A stretch of DNA of 64,000 nucleotides from NCBI GenBank assembly GCA_035525455.1, contig DATLEF010000174.1, positions 7,254 to 71,253 of the forward strand, in the 5' to 3' direction. The notes beneath the pieces are model-generated. The model searched no databases. It was not told where the DNA came from and saw nothing but the letters and a program-made list of their open reading frames with translations. This DNA is from Burkholderiales bacterium. GTDB lineage: Bacteria; Pseudomonadota; Gammaproteobacteria; Burkholderiales; SG8-41. Each line of letters begins with the position of its first letter. Position 1 is the stretch's first letter. Positions 62,445 through 64,000 of this stretch are shown piece by piece. The position numbers were made by a program, and so were the translations under genes.

Positions 62445-64000
62445 CAGACGGCAACCTTCTGCTGACCTGCGACGCGTTCGACCGTGACGCTGCCGAACAT
62501 CTCACCCAGCTGTGCCGTCTCGGGACGCGCCGCTGCGAGGCGGATGCATCCGTGCGGCAAGCGCTCGTCTATCGCGACCGGCACGACGGCCTCGCCGCCA
62601 TCCTGCCGCACACGCAGGGCGTCACCCGCGCGCAGCCCCAGCCGCTCATAAAGCACACCGCTTACCCCCGCGACCGGTGGCGCTGCCTCTCGCGTCATCT
62701 GCAAAGAGGGCGCGCGCCTCACGAGCGGATCCGCGCTATAGATTGGCACTTCGCCGATACGCTCCAGCATTTCCGCCGGAGGCGCTCCGATCACGTCAAG
62801 AGCGGTCGCCTCGATGCGGTTTCCGAGCTTCGTCGAGACTTCGGCAGTGCCCAAGGCGTCGCGTTTCACTTCGTCCGCGCTGTCATAGTCGAAACCGGCA
62901 AGCCCGAGCAGGTTGCCGAGCACGCGCAACACTTTCCATGCCGGGCGTGCTTCTCCAATCGGCTGCACGCAGCCGGCAAAGCTCTGCACCCGGCCTTCCA
63001 TACTGATGAACGTTCCGGCAGTTTCGGTGAAGGGCCCGATCGGCAGTATCACGTGCGCGTAGTCGAGGGCGCCGTGCTCGAATGCGCTCATTGCGACAAC
63101 GAGCTCGGCCTGTCTCAGTGCCGCGATCGCGCGCACCGGATCGTGCGTGTCGAGGTCCGGTTCCACACCGAGCAGCAGGTACGCCTTGAGCGGATCGCGC
63201 ACCATTTCTCGCGCATTCTTGCCCGCAGGTGCGCCAAGCGGTACCGCCCCCGCGATGTAGCCGCCGACACTATTCGCCGCTTCTCCGAGAAATCCCAGCC
63301 GGGCCCCGGTCAGATCGGCAAGCGCCTGCGCAAGCGCGTGGAGAGCCGCCGCTGACGGGTGATGCTGCGCGAGATTGCCGAGAAAGATGCCCGCGTTGGA
63401 AGCGGAAGCCAGGCTCTCCGCGACTCTGCGCGCGGTGTCGCTGATCTGCACATCTTCGAGCGCGCCGCGGATGCTCTCCGGAATTGCAGCACCTTTGGAG
63501 CCGGCCACAGCTTTGATGATTTCGGCGAGAGCCTGTGTCATCGCACTCGGTGCGACGATCGCTTTGTGCGCGACGCGCATGAGCAGATCGTCGTCTACGG
63601 GGTTGACGATCGAGAGCTCCAGGCCTTTTTTTGTCGCTTGCCGCAATCGGTGAGCGATGAGCGGGTGCTCCTTGCGAAGCGTGCTTCCGATCACCAGCAC
63701 GCGGTCGAGTTGCGGCAGCTCCGCAATGCTCATGCCGAGCCACGGAACCCCTCCGCGCTTGCCGTCGTGGCTGAAGTCGGTCTGCCGTAAGCGAAAGTCG
63801 ACGTTCCCGGAACCCAGGCCGCGCACGAGCTTCTGCAGGAGATACAGCTCTTCGAGCGTCTGCTGGGGCAGCGCGAGCGCGCCGACTGCCGCCGGGCCGT
63901 GCTGCTCGGCGATTTTCTTCAGTTTGGCTGCGACGAAATCGAGTGCGACCTGCCATTCCATCGGCTGCCACACACCTCCGCGCTTCAACATCGGACGGGC
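62444..64000 (-). CDS. nuoG: NADH-quinone oxidoreductase subunit G, C-terminal two-thirds (5' end beyond window)
   Basis: The reading frame is open to the window end. The molybdopterin-oxidoreductase-like domain of NuoG is present. The stop overlaps the nuoH start by 1 nt. Confidence 0.9.
   Translation of the reverse strand, partial: ARPMLKRGGVWQPMEWQVALDFVAAKLKKIAEQHGPAAVGALALPQQTLEELYLLQKLVRGLGSGNVDFRLRQTDFSHDGKRGGVPWLGMSIAELPQLDRVLVIGSTLRKEHPLIAHRLRQATKKGLELSIVNPVDDDLLMRVAHKAIVAPSAMTQALAEIIKAVAGSKGAAIPESIRGALEDVQISDTARRVAESLASASNAGIFLGNLAQHHPSAAALHALAQALADLTGARLGFLGEAANSVGGYIAGAVPLGAPAGKNAREMVRDPLKAYLLLGVEPDLDTHDPVRAIAALRQAELVVAMSAFEHGALDYAHVILPIGPFTETAGTFISMEGRVQSFAGCVQPIGEARPAWKVLRVLGNLLGLAGFDYDSADEVKRDALGTAEVSTKLGNRIEATALDVIGAPPAEMLERIGEVPIYSADPLVRRAPSLQMTREAAPPVAGVSGVLYERLGLRAGDALRVRQDGGEAVVPVAIDERLPHGCIRLAAARPETAQLGEMFGSVTVERVAGQQKVAV

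Noticed and set aside
61390-62505. Long extension of the nuoI ORF (track ORF 60898-62505) overlapping nuoH
   Set aside because: Out-of-context frame over nuoH. The nuoI start at 61389 forms the usual ATGA coupling with the nuoH stop.
1-64000. Search for tRNA, rRNA, CRISPR arrays, transposases, integrases, phage or defence-system genes
   Set aside because: None recognised by eye. No T-loop/acceptor-like tRNA signatures, no regularly spaced repeats and no IS-like terminal inverted repeats with transposase ORFs. A tRNAscan/Infernal/ISfinder run would be the definitive check.

Overview
GC-rich bacterial chromosomal segment. It is most likely betaproteobacterial (Burkholderiales-like), an inference from the Bug/TctC-family binding proteins and from a nuoG-N operon followed directly by a NUDIX gene. 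I support about 60 protein-coding genes and one frameshifted pseudogene. I recognised no rRNA, tRNA, CRISPR array, transposase or integrase. Layout: (i) 1-22 kb holds mixed housekeeping and accessory genes: a Moco oxidoreductase with cytochrome b, an aldo-keto reductase, a VWA protein, a haloacid dehalogenase, an aminotransferase, lipoproteins, an SDR, a cysteine desulfurase, a LeuCD-like hydro-lyase pair, a TPR protein, an IorAB-type molybdoenzyme with an ATP-grasp enzyme and a permease, and a TauD-family dioxygenase. (ii) 22.3-39.6 kb is a roughly 16-kb same-strand catabolic supercluster under a divergent GntR/FadR regulator. It contains two M24 hydrolases, an FMN alpha-hydroxyacid dehydrogenase, an ornithine-cyclodeaminase-like enzyme, E1alpha/E1beta/E2 of a 2-oxoacid or acetoin-type dehydrogenase interrupted by a secreted amidohydrolase, two paralogous C-C-hydrolase-like alpha/beta hydrolases, and two Bug/TctC genes, one of them frameshifted. 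(iii) 39.8-48.7 kb holds a fused membrane spermidine-synthase-like protein, a PLP dehydratase, a second molybdoenzyme pair, DUF465, dsbB, arfB and cytochrome b561-yceI. (iv) 48.7-54.1 kb is the most interesting locus. It is a DSF-family (RpfF-type) fatty-acid signalling module whose receptor-like PAS-GGDEF-EAL protein carries an N-terminal MerR/BldC-type HTH. It lies divergent from an Aas-type acyl-ACP synthetase/acyltransferase across an unusually AT-rich control region. (v) 54.1-64 kb holds NUDIX and nuoN-nuoG (nuoG is truncated by the window end). Several intergenic repeat families (ACGGAGG-core REP-like elements, a 113-bp palindromic element, a 53/54-bp tandem repeat) and a convergent DnaA-box pair are also noted. 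All family assignments rest on motif recognition from memory. No database search was run, and start codons are best guesses from RBS and homolog length.
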